Positions 42,188-53,384 of a stretch of DNA of 64,000 bases are shown in pieces. Both the position numbers and the translations under genes were made by a program. The stretch's first letter is position 1. Every line of letters begins with the position of its first letter. Source of the DNA: Longimicrobiales bacterium (GTDB lineage Bacteria > Gemmatimonadota > Gemmatimonadetes > Longimicrobiales > Gaopeijiaceae); assembly GCA_965202805.1 (NCBI GenBank), contig OZ241869.1, positions 1,280,001-1,344,000 of the forward strand, in the 5' to 3' direction. The notes beneath the pieces were generated by a model that searched no databases, was not told the origin of the DNA, and worked only from the letters and a program-made list of their open reading frames with translations.

Positions 42188-42301
42188 GCGTCGGGAGTCG
42201 GTATTTGTCGCGGAACGCGATCCACGCCACCCGCAGTTCCCCGGTGCATGATTACAGGCATCATACAGGTATTCATACAAGATACAGACAGGATTCCGCC
42301 G

Positions 42302-43753
42302 ATGGACACTCCTTCCCGTTCCTGCAGACTCGGATCACTGGCCGCAGTCGTAGTCGTAGCTACCTCCTGCGCCCCACCCAATCCATCCGCCGACCCCCAA
42401 TCCGCCGGTGACAGACCCTCCGTGTCCCCCGACCCCGTCGAGCTCTTCGACGGCCGCGTCATCCCGGGGATGCCCGAACTCCTGGGAATGCGCGCTCAAT
42501 ACGAAGTGCGCCTCGACTGGCTCGCGCGGAAGCGTCCCCTGCTGCTCGAGCAGATGCGGGAGCACGCAATCGAAATGTGGATCGTCGTGAGCGAGGAATT
42601 CCATCCCGACCCGGTCACACAGTACGTCGCCCCTCCCCTGCGCTACACGCGCCGGCGCGATGTGATGGTGTTCGTGGATGCCGGCGAGGAAGGGCTCGCG
42701 GCCTACTCCGACTACTGGCGCCCGACGGAGGACTACCGCCGCTTCTTCCAGCCGCTCCCGGCGGCCCGCAACGCCCGTGGGATCCAGGACACCCGCGCCG
42801 GGCTGGGGGCGCTGATGGAGCGCTACGACCCCGGCACCATCGGACTCAACATCGGCGGATCCCGCGGACACGACAGCGGCCTCACCCACGACAGCTACCT
42901 GTTCCTGGCCGAAGCGCTGGGACCCGGTGCGGAGTCCCGCCTCGTCTCCGCCTCCGGCCTCATCGAGGCTGTGTTCGACACGCGGCTGCCCGAAGAGCTG
43001 GAGCACTACCGCCAGCTCGTGCTCGCCACCGATGTCATCGCCCAGACTGCGCTCTCCAACGTGGTCATCACCCCCGGCGAGACCCGCGCGGCCGACATCA
43101 AGTGGTTTTTCGAGGAGACCATCGCCGAGCTCGGCGTGGGCGGCGTTCCCTGGTTCGAGATCCACGTGGCCGTGCAGCGCTACGATCCGGACACCGGCGA
43201 GATGATCCCCTACGTGCATCCCGCCCCGAACGACCTCATCTTCCAGCGGGGCGACATCATCCACCTCGACTGCGGCTTCGACTACATCGGTTTCGCCAGT
43301 GACTGGCAGAAGGTCGCGTACATCCTGCGCGAAGGTGAGGACGATGTCCCGGAAGGACTCAAGGCCGCGCTCGGGAACGCCAATCTCGTGCACGAGGCGT
43401 TCGCATCCGAACCCCGTCCCGGGATGACCGGCTGGGAGGCCACGCTCGCCATCGCCGCCAGGCTCGAGGGCGTCGACTTCCTCCCCAGCCTCTACTCACA
43501 CCCCATCGGCTACCACGGACACGCGCTGGGCCCGAACATCAACGCCCGCGACATGGACCTGTCCTCGCCCCCCGAACGGGACTCCCATCTCAGGAACGGC
43601 GCCTATCGCTCCATCGAGTTCAGCGCCACGTCGGCGGTCCCGGAATACGGCGGCGGCACGGTCAGGATTCCGATGGAGGATGACGGCTACCTCACTCCTG
43701 ACGGTTACGAGTACTTCCGGCCCTATCAGACGGAATGGTACGTGATCCGGTGA
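42302..43753 (+). CDS. M24 family metallopeptidase, probable lipoprotein
   Basis: Lipobox-like VATSC; candidate metal ligands in IHLDCG...FASDWQ, HPIGYHGH, SIE and MEDD. Confidence 0.8.
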   Translation: MDTPSRSCRLGSLAAVVVVATSCAPPNPSADPQSAGDRPSVSPDPVELFDGRVIPGMPELLGMRAQYEVRLDWLARKRPLLLEQMREHAIEMWIVVSEEFHPDPVTQYVAPPLRYTRRRDVMVFVDAGEEGLAAYSDYWRPTEDYRRFFQPLPAARNARGIQDTRAGLGALMERYDPGTIGLNIGGSRGHDSGLTHDSYLFLAEALGPGAESRLVSASGLIEAVFDTRLPEELEHYRQLVLATDVIAQTALSNVVITPGETRAADIKWFFEETIAELGVGGVPWFEIHVAVQRYDPDTGEMIPYVHPAPNDLIFQRGDIIHLDCGFDYIGFASDWQKVAYILREGEDDVPEGLKAALGNANLVHEAFASEPRPGMTGWEATLAIAARLEGVDFLPSLYSHPIGYHGHALGPNINARDMDLSSPPERDSHLRNGAYRSIEFSATSAVPEYGGGTVRIPMEDDGYLTPDGYEYFRPYQTEWYVIR

Positions 43754-43825
43754 GGGCGGTCCCCCGGTTTCCGGTGGCATCCGTTGACTCGAGGATGCCG
43801 CCACAACATCACGTCCGGATGGACA

Positions 43826-43988
43826 GCCGAGTCGGAGGAAATGATGCGACAGGGCACGGCGCGATTCGCAAACGCGGACGAGATGTTCACCGAGCTTGAA
43901 GAAGCCGGCGGCCAGTAAGCGGGCGCGCCCGCCTCGACGCGTAGATTACACGCGGGGGATTCCTCAAGGACTGGAAGCGGCTTTCGCC
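43826..43988 (+). pseudogene. Relic of a DinJ/RelB antitoxin 3' end and YafQ toxin 5' end
   Basis: AESEEMMRQGTARFANADEMFTELEEAGGQ* (43826-43918) overlaps TTG-KKPAASKRARPPRRVDYTR (43896). After one extra G the frame continues GFLKDWKRLS and then runs into the acs 3' end. Confidence 0.7.
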
Positions 43989-45944
<1,956 letters not shown>

Positions 45945-45964
45945 CTCGGGTCTCCGCTGCCTTG

Positions 45965-46012
45965 GTGACGCGTCACGCTTGGAACTGATATCTAGTGTCA
46001 TCTACTGATGAC
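45965..46012. promoter_or_regulatory. Two palindromes in the AT-rich acs upstream region (candidate operators)
   Basis: GTGACGCGTCAC (45965-45976) and GTCATC-TACT-GATGAC (45997-46012). Confidence 0.5.
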
Positions 46013-46047
46013 TAACTGGTGATTTTTTGGGGCGCCGTGATCCCCGG

Positions 46048-46617
46048 TCATGAATCTTCAGCCCCAAGAAACTCCGCCACAACCCGGCTCGACAGCAACG
46101 CCTCGAACGACTTCACCGTGGCCGCGCTCAGCGTGCGCACCACGCGCGCGCCGGCGTCGATCGCCACATCGGGGATCACGAGCCTGAACCGGCACTCCGT
46201 GCGGGCGTCCTCGGGACGGGCGTTCCGGTGCGGCACGGTCGCGCGCAACGTGACCGGGGCTCTGTGCCCCCGGGTCACCTCGCGGTTCGCCACCCGCGCC
46301 AGTTCCCTCAGCGTCTCCGTGAAGTCCTCCAGCGCTCCCAGAGATGGCCCGCGCACGGCGAGCGTCAGGTTGCCGCCGAGCCCCTGCGAGGTCTCGTCGA
46401 GGAAGACGTCGACGCTCGCCGGATCGCGGCCGCGCGGCTGGTGGAAGAAGAGATAGGCGCTGCGCGTGGACTCCCCGGCCCAGCGGCCCTCGAACTCGTG
46501 GCTGGTGGTCTTCTGCATCCCGGAAAGCGTCCAGCCGGCGTCCTCCACCCCCGCCCGAACGGCATCGATCAACGGCTCCAGCGTGAGCAGCGCACTCTCG
46601 TGGGGATCGGTCATCAT
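46048..46617 (-). CDS. Hypothetical protein
   Basis: Coding-like ORF (LSGMQKTTSHEFEGRWAGESTRSAYLFFH). No family recognised. Confidence 0.65.
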   Translation of the reverse strand: MMTDPHESALLTLEPLIDAVRAGVEDAGWTLSGMQKTTSHEFEGRWAGESTRSAYLFFHQPRGRDPASVDVFLDETSQGLGGNLTLAVRGPSLGALEDFTETLRELARVANREVTRGHRAPVTLRATVPHRNARPEDARTECRFRLVIPDVAIDAGARVVRTLSAATVKSFEALLSSRVVAEFLGAEDS

Positions 46618-46749
46618 CGCTCCCGCCGGTTCGCTTCCGGTTGACACATTTTCGCCCCGCCCAGTACGTTGGTTGGTTAAGAAGGATACGTTCTACACGT
46701 CCGGTTTCGGCACGCTGTGCAGCCGAGGACGGGCCGAAGCTCACTTGCG

Positions 46750-47190
46750 ATGTCGACCCAGCCCCAGCAGAGCGACGTCATCCTGCGCGAGGCGATGGAG
46801 CGGAGCGGTCAGCGCTTCACCGCCCAGCGCGCAGCCGTCTTCCGGTTCCTGCACGCCACAGACACCCATCCCACCGCGGACGAAGTCTACCGCACCGTGC
46901 GGGCGGACCTGCCCGGCATCTCCCTGGGCACCGTCTACAAGAGCCTCGAGACGCTCGTCGGATGCGGGCTCGCACGCAAGCTCGCCGGTGGCAACGGCTC
47001 GGCCCGCTACGATGGGCGCATGGATCCGCACTTTCACGCGCGCTGCCTCGAGTGCGGCCGGCTGAGGGACGTACCCGGTCCGGCCCGGCCGGAGTCCTTC
47101 GTGGACATGCCGATCGCGATGGGCGGCTTTGCCGTCACCGAGCTGCGGCTTGAGGTGGTGGGCTACTGCGACGGCTGTCGTCCCGACTAG
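46750..47190 (+). CDS. Fur family transcriptional regulator (PerR-like)
   Basis: RFTAQR, HPTADEVY, ISLGTVYKSL, HFHARCLECG and GYCDGC. Confidence 0.92.
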   Translation: MSTQPQQSDVILREAMERSGQRFTAQRAAVFRFLHATDTHPTADEVYRTVRADLPGISLGTVYKSLETLVGCGLARKLAGGNGSARYDGRMDPHFHARCLECGRLRDVPGPARPESFVDMPIAMGGFAVTELRLEVVGYCDGCRPD

Positions 47191-47212
47191 CCAGCCTGCC
47201 GGGAGGCCCGGC

Positions 47213-47479
47213 TTAGCCCGCCTGCCAAAACGCCCGGCTGGAAGCCCTTCCCCGGGCCGAGCGCAGACGCCGGCGCAACTCCACGTCCGACGATGTCGCG
47301 AGCGTCCGCTGTGCCGTCCTGAGCGAATTCCAGCGCACGTCGGCCAGCTCGATCGGCTCGCCGGTCTCGTCGCCTTCGAGCGTGAACACGAACGAGTAGC
47401 GGCCCTTGTAGTCGTGTCCCGGCCGCTCCCGCACGCTCGCAACCCACGTTCGCCCGCTCTCGTCCTGGAAGCTCCTCAT
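47213..47479 (-). CDS. Small hypothetical protein
   Basis: MRSFQDESGRTWVASV...DYKGRY...VRWNS...ELRRRLRSARGR. It fills the gap between neighbouring genes on the same strand as the upstream gene. Confidence 0.6.
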   Translation of the reverse strand: MRSFQDESGRTWVASVRERPGHDYKGRYSFVFTLEGDETGEPIELADVRWNSLRTAQRTLATSSDVELRRRLRSARGRASSRAFWQAG

Positions 47480-47495
47480 CTCGGTCCGCTCTCCC

Positions 47496-48368
47496 TCATC
47501 TCCAGCCGCTCTCCGCGCTCGATCCGCCTTCGAGTCGGCGGCCCGGCCGTCTCAGCAACTCCGGGAACTCGTATACGATAACCCCTTCGTCGGTTACATC
47601 CGAACTCACGCGCTGGCTGTCCTCGAGCTCCATGCCGTCCAGGAGCTTCTTGGCCGCGTCCGGTGACAGGTCCATGTACGCCGCGACCTCGCTCGCCGTC
47701 AGCCGTCCTCCCCGCTGGCTGGCCAGGCGGAGGACGCCTCGCGCGAGCTGATCGGGCGATCCCCTGCGCCAGCGCAGCCTCTTGATCCCCGACCAGATCA
47801 GCGCCGCGCCGCCGGAGACGGCCGCGGTTCCACCGGCGAGCATCAGCATGGGCACGAAGGCGAGGCCCGCGCCGAGAACCATGGCGCCCGCGGACAGCCA
47901 GCCGGCGCCCATGAAGCCCAGCAGGGCTCCGCCGCCGATCCGGATCCAGCCCTGGACCGAACGATCTTCGGGGGGCAGAAACGCGGTTGGCGCGGATGAA
48001 TCGCCATAGGCGGCGAGGGCTTCGTCCCCGGCTCGAGACCCCACGCTGGCGTCCGGATGCGGGAGGGCGCGGTAGGAGGCGTGCCGCCAGTTGAGCCCGC
48101 ACCGCGGACACAGGCGGTGCTGGAACCTCATCAGCCAGTAGATGAGCGCCCCGATGCCGGAAGTGACCAGACCCAGGACCACAAGCAGCGCGACGTGCTG
48201 GATCTTCGAGAAGTAGTGGTCCCCGTACCCCTGGTGCCCGCACCGGGGACACGCCTTCACCCAGGTCATGGGGCGTCCGGCGGGATTCTCCGCCCCGCAC
48301 GTCGTGCACCGTCGCGCCGGCGCCTCCAGGACGGCGCCGCAGGTGTTACAGCGCAGGGATGATGCCAT
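47496..48368 (-). CDS. Zn-ribbon-containing membrane protein with C-terminal wHTH-like domain
   Basis: CNTC, CTTC and two CPRC pairs; hydrophobic segments; GGRLTASEVAA...AKKLLD...DEGVIVYEFPEL. Confidence 0.65.
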   Translation of the reverse strand: MASSLRCNTCGAVLEAPARRCTTCGAENPAGRPMTWVKACPRCGHQGYGDHYFSKIQHVALLVVLGLVTSGIGALIYWLMRFQHRLCPRCGLNWRHASYRALPHPDASVGSRAGDEALAAYGDSSAPTAFLPPEDRSVQGWIRIGGGALLGFMGAGWLSAGAMVLGAGLAFVPMLMLAGGTAAVSGGAALIWSGIKRLRWRRGSPDQLARGVLRLASQRGGRLTASEVAAYMDLSPDAAKKLLDGMELEDSQRVSSDVTDEGVIVYEFPELLRRPGRRLEGGSSAESGWR

Positions 48369-48587
48369 GCTCTCTCGTGTTGCAGGATCCGTAGACCGTA
48401 CGACGTTCCCCCGATACGGATTCGCGGAATGCGTTCCAGGGTCCGAACTTGCACGGAAGGGAGCTTTCGGCCGGCGACGGATTCTAACCCCCGAACCGCG
48501 AAAAAGGCTCCCCCCCGGGACCGGCATGCGGCCACGACGGCGGCCGATGACGGCCGGCGGCGCGGGCAGGTTCGGGAAGCCCGGACC

Positions 48588-50015
48588 CTACCGGACCAGC
48601 AGGATCCGGCTGTTCGCCGGATAGAGCCACTCCACCCCGCGCTCCGTCACCACGGCGTCGTCCTCCAGCGGGATGCGCACCTTGGCGTTGTCCCACTCCG
48701 GGTTGGCCGTGTAGGCGAACAGTTCGACCGAGATGAGGGTGCCCGGGCGAAGCTCGTAGGTGAGCTGGGTCGGGTTGAAGAAGGCCAGCGAGGGGCCGAT
48801 GCCGTGGCCCCAGTTCCCCACCGAGTGCGGACCGATGACGACATCGGTGACCGCCGGATCTTCGGTGGGCTGGTTGAACTCGATGCGGTTGAAGCCGGCG
48901 GCCTCGATGGCGGCCCATGTCGCGTCCAGCGCCTCCTGGGCGGTGGCCGCAGGCTTGATGGCCGCCTTCATGACGTCGCGCACCTCCACCGCCCGGTCGA
49001 AGGCGCGCTGGAGTCCTGGCGGGGCCCGGGTTTCGCCCTCCCGCAGCACGTACGCGATGCGCTTCATGTCGGTGTAGAAGTCGAGGTAGCCCACGCCCCA
49101 GTCGATCATGAGCAGATCGCCCCGCTGGATGATGCGCGCCGAGGAGGTGGACTCGATCCCCAGCCGGCCGGTGATGTAGACGGAGGGCATGTCGAAGGAC
49201 GACTCGAGCCCCCGCTCGAGCAGCCGGTCCCAGATCCACCAGGCCACGTCCTCGAGCGCGGTCACGCCCGGCACGATGACCTCGTTGGAAAAGGCCCGCT
49301 CGGCGATCTCGCGGCTGATCTCGCCGGCCTCGGCGAAGGTGGCGATCTCCATGGCCGTGCGGCTGGCTCGGAAGTCGGACACGAAGCGCTCGGCGGAAAC
49401 CAGGCGTTCGCCGTAGACCGGACCCAGCGTCTCCTTCAGGTGCAGGTAGGAGGTGTGCGAGAGGCCGTCGGCTCCGCCGATGGCGGCGGCCATGTTTACG
49501 CCGATGCGGTCCGGGTCGCGCTCGGCCACGAATCCGGCGAGCGCGGCCGCCGGGGCGAAGCGGTCGTAGACGCCGCACTGCTCGAGCATGTAGCCGCCCA
49601 CGCCCAGCGCCGCGCGCTCGACGCGCCCGCCGTCGCCCGGGTTGGTGAAGACGTAGTACGCCCAGTCGCCCACGTACCCCCGGCCCAGGGCCTCCCAGAG
49701 CGGATCCAGCAGCCCCTCGCGCATCACCACGATCCACATGTCCAGATCGTTGTCCTGCATCGCCCCGGGGAGGACCAGGTCGAACTTCTCGGCACGAATC
49801 TGGCACATGCGCTCCCAGCGGCGGCGCGCCTCCTGTCCTTCAACGGGAGATGCCGCGGGGATGCCGGCTGCCAGCAGTGTCGCGGCGAGGAGCAGCCCGC
49901 GGGTTGAGGGCCGCGCGGCAGGCCGTCCGGCCGATGCGGAGTCGCGCGCGCACGCGGTTGGAGACGGCAAGTGTAGAGACGGACGGGCCGATTGGGTATC
50001 TTCGGTCACGCGCAT
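48588..50015 (-). CDS. M24 family metallopeptidase, exported
   Basis: Signal-like LLLAATLLAAG; MIDWGV...YTDMK, HSVGNWGH, SVE and LEDD. The start is uncertain. Confidence 0.8.
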   Translation of the reverse strand: MRVTEDTQSARPSLHLPSPTACARDSASAGRPAARPSTRGLLLAATLLAAGIPAASPVEGQEARRRWERMCQIRAEKFDLVLPGAMQDNDLDMWIVVMREGLLDPLWEALGRGYVGDWAYYVFTNPGDGGRVERAALGVGGYMLEQCGVYDRFAPAAALAGFVAERDPDRIGVNMAAAIGGADGLSHTSYLHLKETLGPVYGERLVSAERFVSDFRASRTAMEIATFAEAGEISREIAERAFSNEVIVPGVTALEDVAWWIWDRLLERGLESSFDMPSVYITGRLGIESTSSARIIQRGDLLMIDWGVGYLDFYTDMKRIAYVLREGETRAPPGLQRAFDRAVEVRDVMKAAIKPAATAQEALDATWAAIEAAGFNRIEFNQPTEDPAVTDVVIGPHSVGNWGHGIGPSLAFFNPTQLTYELRPGTLISVELFAYTANPEWDNAKVRIPLEDDAVVTERGVEWLYPANSRILLVR

Positions 50016-50050
50016 GGCAACGTTCCTGAAAGGTGCGAAGTCTCAAGTAC

Positions 50051-50836
50051 ATGGTCTGGATGCACACACGCGGGGAATCTCGGCGATCGCCCGCTCTCTG
50101 GCAAAGGCGGCGAACGCCACTCCTCCTGACGCTCGTTCTCGTGGGCATCCTGGTCCCCGCGATTCGTCCCGCGCACCTCTGCGCGCAGCGGATTCCCTCG
50201 GCCTACCGCTTCATCGAGACCTCGCAGGAGGCCGGTGCATCGATGTTCACGGTGGAGCCCCGGGCGGGGATCTTCGGGTTCGGGCCCAAGGGCGGCCGGA
50301 TCATGGGCTCGTACTATCAGATCCGCGTCGGCGGACCGTTCTCGGTCCAGGGCAACCTGGGGTATCTGCCCACGACCCGCGATGTCGTAGACCCGCGCCG
50401 GGACGAGGGGGACCGCAAGATCGGCGAGGCGGACGTGACCATGGGAACGGCCGACGTGCGCCTGCAGTTCACCCTGACGGGTCCCAGGACCTGGTACCGG
50501 ATGGCGCCCTACCTGTTCGCGGGCGGGGGCATCGCCCTGGACCTGGCGCCGGATCAGGACATCGACATGGTGCTCGAGGAGGATGACCGCTTCTCGTTCG
50601 GTCCCTCCTTCCTGGGAAGTTTCGGCGCCGGGATCAAGTTGTTCCCCGTCGACCGCATATCTGTACGGGTGGAGGGCATCGTGACCTACTGGAAGGTCAA
50701 CACGCCGCGCGGCTTCCTGCGCACCGACCGCCCACTCCTGCCGCCACCTGAGGGCTCCGACGAGCCCGCCATCCCCGAGGACGGTTTCTGGGCGGTCGGG
50801 AGAGGGCTGTCCCTCGGGATCGCCTGGCGGTTCTAG
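50051..50836 (+). CDS. Outer-membrane beta-barrel-like protein
   Basis: Signal peptide, amphipathic strands, APYLFAGGG and terminal GIAWRF. The start is uncertain. Confidence 0.65.
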   Translation: MVWMHTRGESRRSPALWQRRRTPLLLTLVLVGILVPAIRPAHLCAQRIPSAYRFIETSQEAGASMFTVEPRAGIFGFGPKGGRIMGSYYQIRVGGPFSVQGNLGYLPTTRDVVDPRRDEGDRKIGEADVTMGTADVRLQFTLTGPRTWYRMAPYLFAGGGIALDLAPDQDIDMVLEEDDRFSFGPSFLGSFGAGIKLFPVDRISVRVEGIVTYWKVNTPRGFLRTDRPLLPPPEGSDEPAIPEDGFWAVGRGLSLGIAWRF

Positions 50837-50864
50837 CAGCCCGTGGACTACCAGGAGGTGAACG

Positions 50865-52217
50865 ATGGCTGACAGGCGGGGAGCCCGGAGAGATCGGACT
50901 CCGGCTACGCGATTCGAGTCCCGCTCCGCCGACTGGCTCTCCGGCGCCGAGGCGCTGGCGCGGATCATGGAGCGCGCGCGGGCGCTTCCGGCGCTCCGGC
51001 TGCCGGTCGAGGCCGCGCGGGGCATGGCGCTGGCGCGACCGGTCGAGAGCCCGGTCACCCTGCCCCCGTGGGACAACTCGGCGATGGACGGCTACGCGGT
51101 GCAGGGCGACTCCATCGCGGGAGCCTCACGCGTAGCCCCCCGCACCCTGCGCGTGACCGGCGCCCTGCAGGCGGGCGAGGTCGGCCGGGTGGCGGTGGGA
51201 GCCGGAGAGGCGGTGCGCATCATGACCGGCACACCCGTCCCGAAGGGAACCGACTGCGTGGTCCGGGTCGAAGACACCGACGCCGAGCGCGAACCGGGAC
51301 GGGTGGCGGTGTTCTCCGATCGCGACCGGGGCCGCCACGTGCGCCCGGCCGGACAGGACATGCGGGAGGGCGAGACCGTCCTCCCCCGCGGGACCACGCT
51401 GGGGGCCGGCCAGGTCGGCGTGCTGGCCGCGTGCGGGCTCACCTCGGTGGAGGTGCACCGGCGGCCGGTGGCGGCGGTGCTCTCCAGCGGCGACGAGATC
51501 GCCCCGGCGGAGCGGTTCGCGGAGGTGGCGGCGGGGCGTGCCATCCCCGACACCAACGGTCCCATGCTGGCCGCCGCGGTGGCGGAGGCGGGGGGGGAGG
51601 CGGTGCGGCCGGGGATCGCGCGCGACACGGAGGAGAGCGTGCGCGAGCACCTGCTGCGGGGCGGCGCGCAGGCGGACCTGCTGATCACCATCGGCGGCGC
51701 CTCAATGGGTGAGGGCGACCTCTTCAAGCGGGTGCTGGACGAGCTCGGCTACGAGCCCGACTTCTGGCGCGCGCGCATCCGCCCGGGCAGCCCGTTCGGC
51801 TTCGGACACCTGCCCGTCGATGGGCGGAAGCCCGTTCCCGTATTCGGGCTGCCCGGGAATCCGGCGTCGGCCTTCGTCACCTTCCATCTCTTCGCGCGGC
51901 CCTTCATCAGCGCGCTGGCGGGACATCGCCACCCCTTCCCTCCCGTCGTGCGGGCGCGCGCCGGCGTCGCCATGGGTGGCCCCGAGGGGCTCGCGGTCTA
52001 CCCGCGGGTGCGCCTGCGGCCCGCGTCCCGGGGCGGGTGGAGGGCGGTGCTTGCGGGCCACCAGAGTTCCGCGCTGGTGGCGCCCACGGGCCGCGCCGAC
52101 GGGCTGGCGGTGATCCCCGAGGGGGTTGGGCGCATCGGCGAAGGCGAGGAGGTCGACGTGTTGCTGTTCGGCCGCCCGGGCTGGCTTCGGGGCGAGGCCG
52201 GTCCCCGCGCGGGGTGA
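50865..52217 (+). CDS. moeA: Molybdopterin molybdenumtransferase MoeA
   Basis: PPWDNSAMDGYAV, RIMTG, SSGDEI, GGASMG and FGLPGNPAS. Confidence 0.95.
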   Translation: MADRRGARRDRTPATRFESRSADWLSGAEALARIMERARALPALRLPVEAARGMALARPVESPVTLPPWDNSAMDGYAVQGDSIAGASRVAPRTLRVTGALQAGEVGRVAVGAGEAVRIMTGTPVPKGTDCVVRVEDTDAEREPGRVAVFSDRDRGRHVRPAGQDMREGETVLPRGTTLGAGQVGVLAACGLTSVEVHRRPVAAVLSSGDEIAPAERFAEVAAGRAIPDTNGPMLAAAVAEAGGEAVRPGIARDTEESVREHLLRGGAQADLLITIGGASMGEGDLFKRVLDELGYEPDFWRARIRPGSPFGFGHLPVDGRKPVPVFGLPGNPASAFVTFHLFARPFISALAGHRHPFPPVVRARAGVAMGGPEGLAVYPRVRLRPASRGGWRAVLAGHQSSALVAPTGRADGLAVIPEGVGRIGEGEEVDVLLFGRPGWLRGEAGPRAG

Positions 52218-52245
52218 TGCCGCCGGACACCGCTTCAACCGGCCC

Positions 52246-53247
52246 ATGAGAGGCTCCCCCGCGCGCGCTCCCCGGCTGGCGCGCGCCCATACCGGCGAGC
52301 TGGACCTCCTGGCCCTGGTGGTCATCTGGGGCGTCAACTTCACGGTGGTGAAGGTGGTGCTGGAGGAAGTCGAGCCGCTGGTCTTCAACGCCCTGCGCTT
52401 CCCTTTCGCCGCGCTGACGGTGTGGATCCTCCTGCGCGCGCAGGGGCGGCGCCTGATGCCGCGCCGGAGGGACTGGGCCCGGGTGGCGTGGCTGTCGCTG
52501 TTCGGACACCTGGGCTACCAGGTCTTCTTCATCTTCGGGCTCGCGCTCACCCTGGCCGGCAACGCCTCGCTCATGCTGGCGACGGTTCCGGGGTGGATCG
52601 CAATCCTCTCCCCGGCGCTGGGTCACGAGCGCTTCAGCTGGGTGGTGCTGGGCGGTGTCGCGATCGCGATGACGGGGATGACGCTGGTCATCCTGGGAGG
52701 ATCCGCGGGCATGGCGCTGGGCGGAGAGACGTTGCGCGGGGACCTGTTCATGCTGGCCGCCGCCGTGGTCTGGGCGCTGTACACCGTGCTGGGGCGCCGC
52801 GCGGTGCGGCGCAACGGTGCGCTGGAGATGACGGCCTGGACCCTCTGGCTGGGCACCCCCGCGCTCGTGCTGATAGGACTTCCCGGCCTGCTGCGCACCG
52901 ACTTCGGATCGGTCTCGGCGGGGGCCTGGGCGGGCATCGCCTACGCGGGCGTGCTGGCGATCGGGATCGCGTACTTCATCTGGTATCGGGGGGTGCGGAG
53001 GCTCGGCAGCAGCCGTACCGCCGTCTACTCAAACCTTGTGCCGGTGGCCGCGATCCTCACCGCGTGGCTCTGGATCGGCGAGACTCCGCGCGCGTTGCAG
53101 CTGCTCGGGGCCGGCGTCATCCTGGCCGGCATCGCCGTCGTACGCCTGGCGCCGCCGACCCGGGCGGGCGACCGGGCGCGCCGTCGCGCGCTGCGGGAAC
53201 GCCGGCGAGCGGAGAAAGCCGCAGGATCCAGGAGGACGCCATCATGA
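52246..53247 (+). CDS. DMT/EamA family transporter
   Basis: IWGVNF...LRF and a second EamA repeat; multiple TM segments. Confidence 0.9.
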   Translation: MRGSPARAPRLARAHTGELDLLALVVIWGVNFTVVKVVLEEVEPLVFNALRFPFAALTVWILLRAQGRRLMPRRRDWARVAWLSLFGHLGYQVFFIFGLALTLAGNASLMLATVPGWIAILSPALGHERFSWVVLGGVAIAMTGMTLVILGGSAGMALGGETLRGDLFMLAAAVVWALYTVLGRRAVRRNGALEMTAWTLWLGTPALVLIGLPGLLRTDFGSVSAGAWAGIAYAGVLAIGIAYFIWYRGVRRLGSSRTAVYSNLVPVAAILTAWLWIGETPRALQLLGAGVILAGIAVVRLAPPTRAGDRARRRALRERRRAEKAAGSRRTPS

Positions 53248-53384
53248 ATTGCGAGTCAGGACATCCGCATTTTCGCAAGAGCTTGTCGCAGCACGCCGTC
53301 TTCGGACGCGCAACGGATTTTGTTGCGTGCCGGCTGCCCCGCTCTCTGCCATCCGTCCCGGCGACCCGATGTGCCGGGGCCCGC

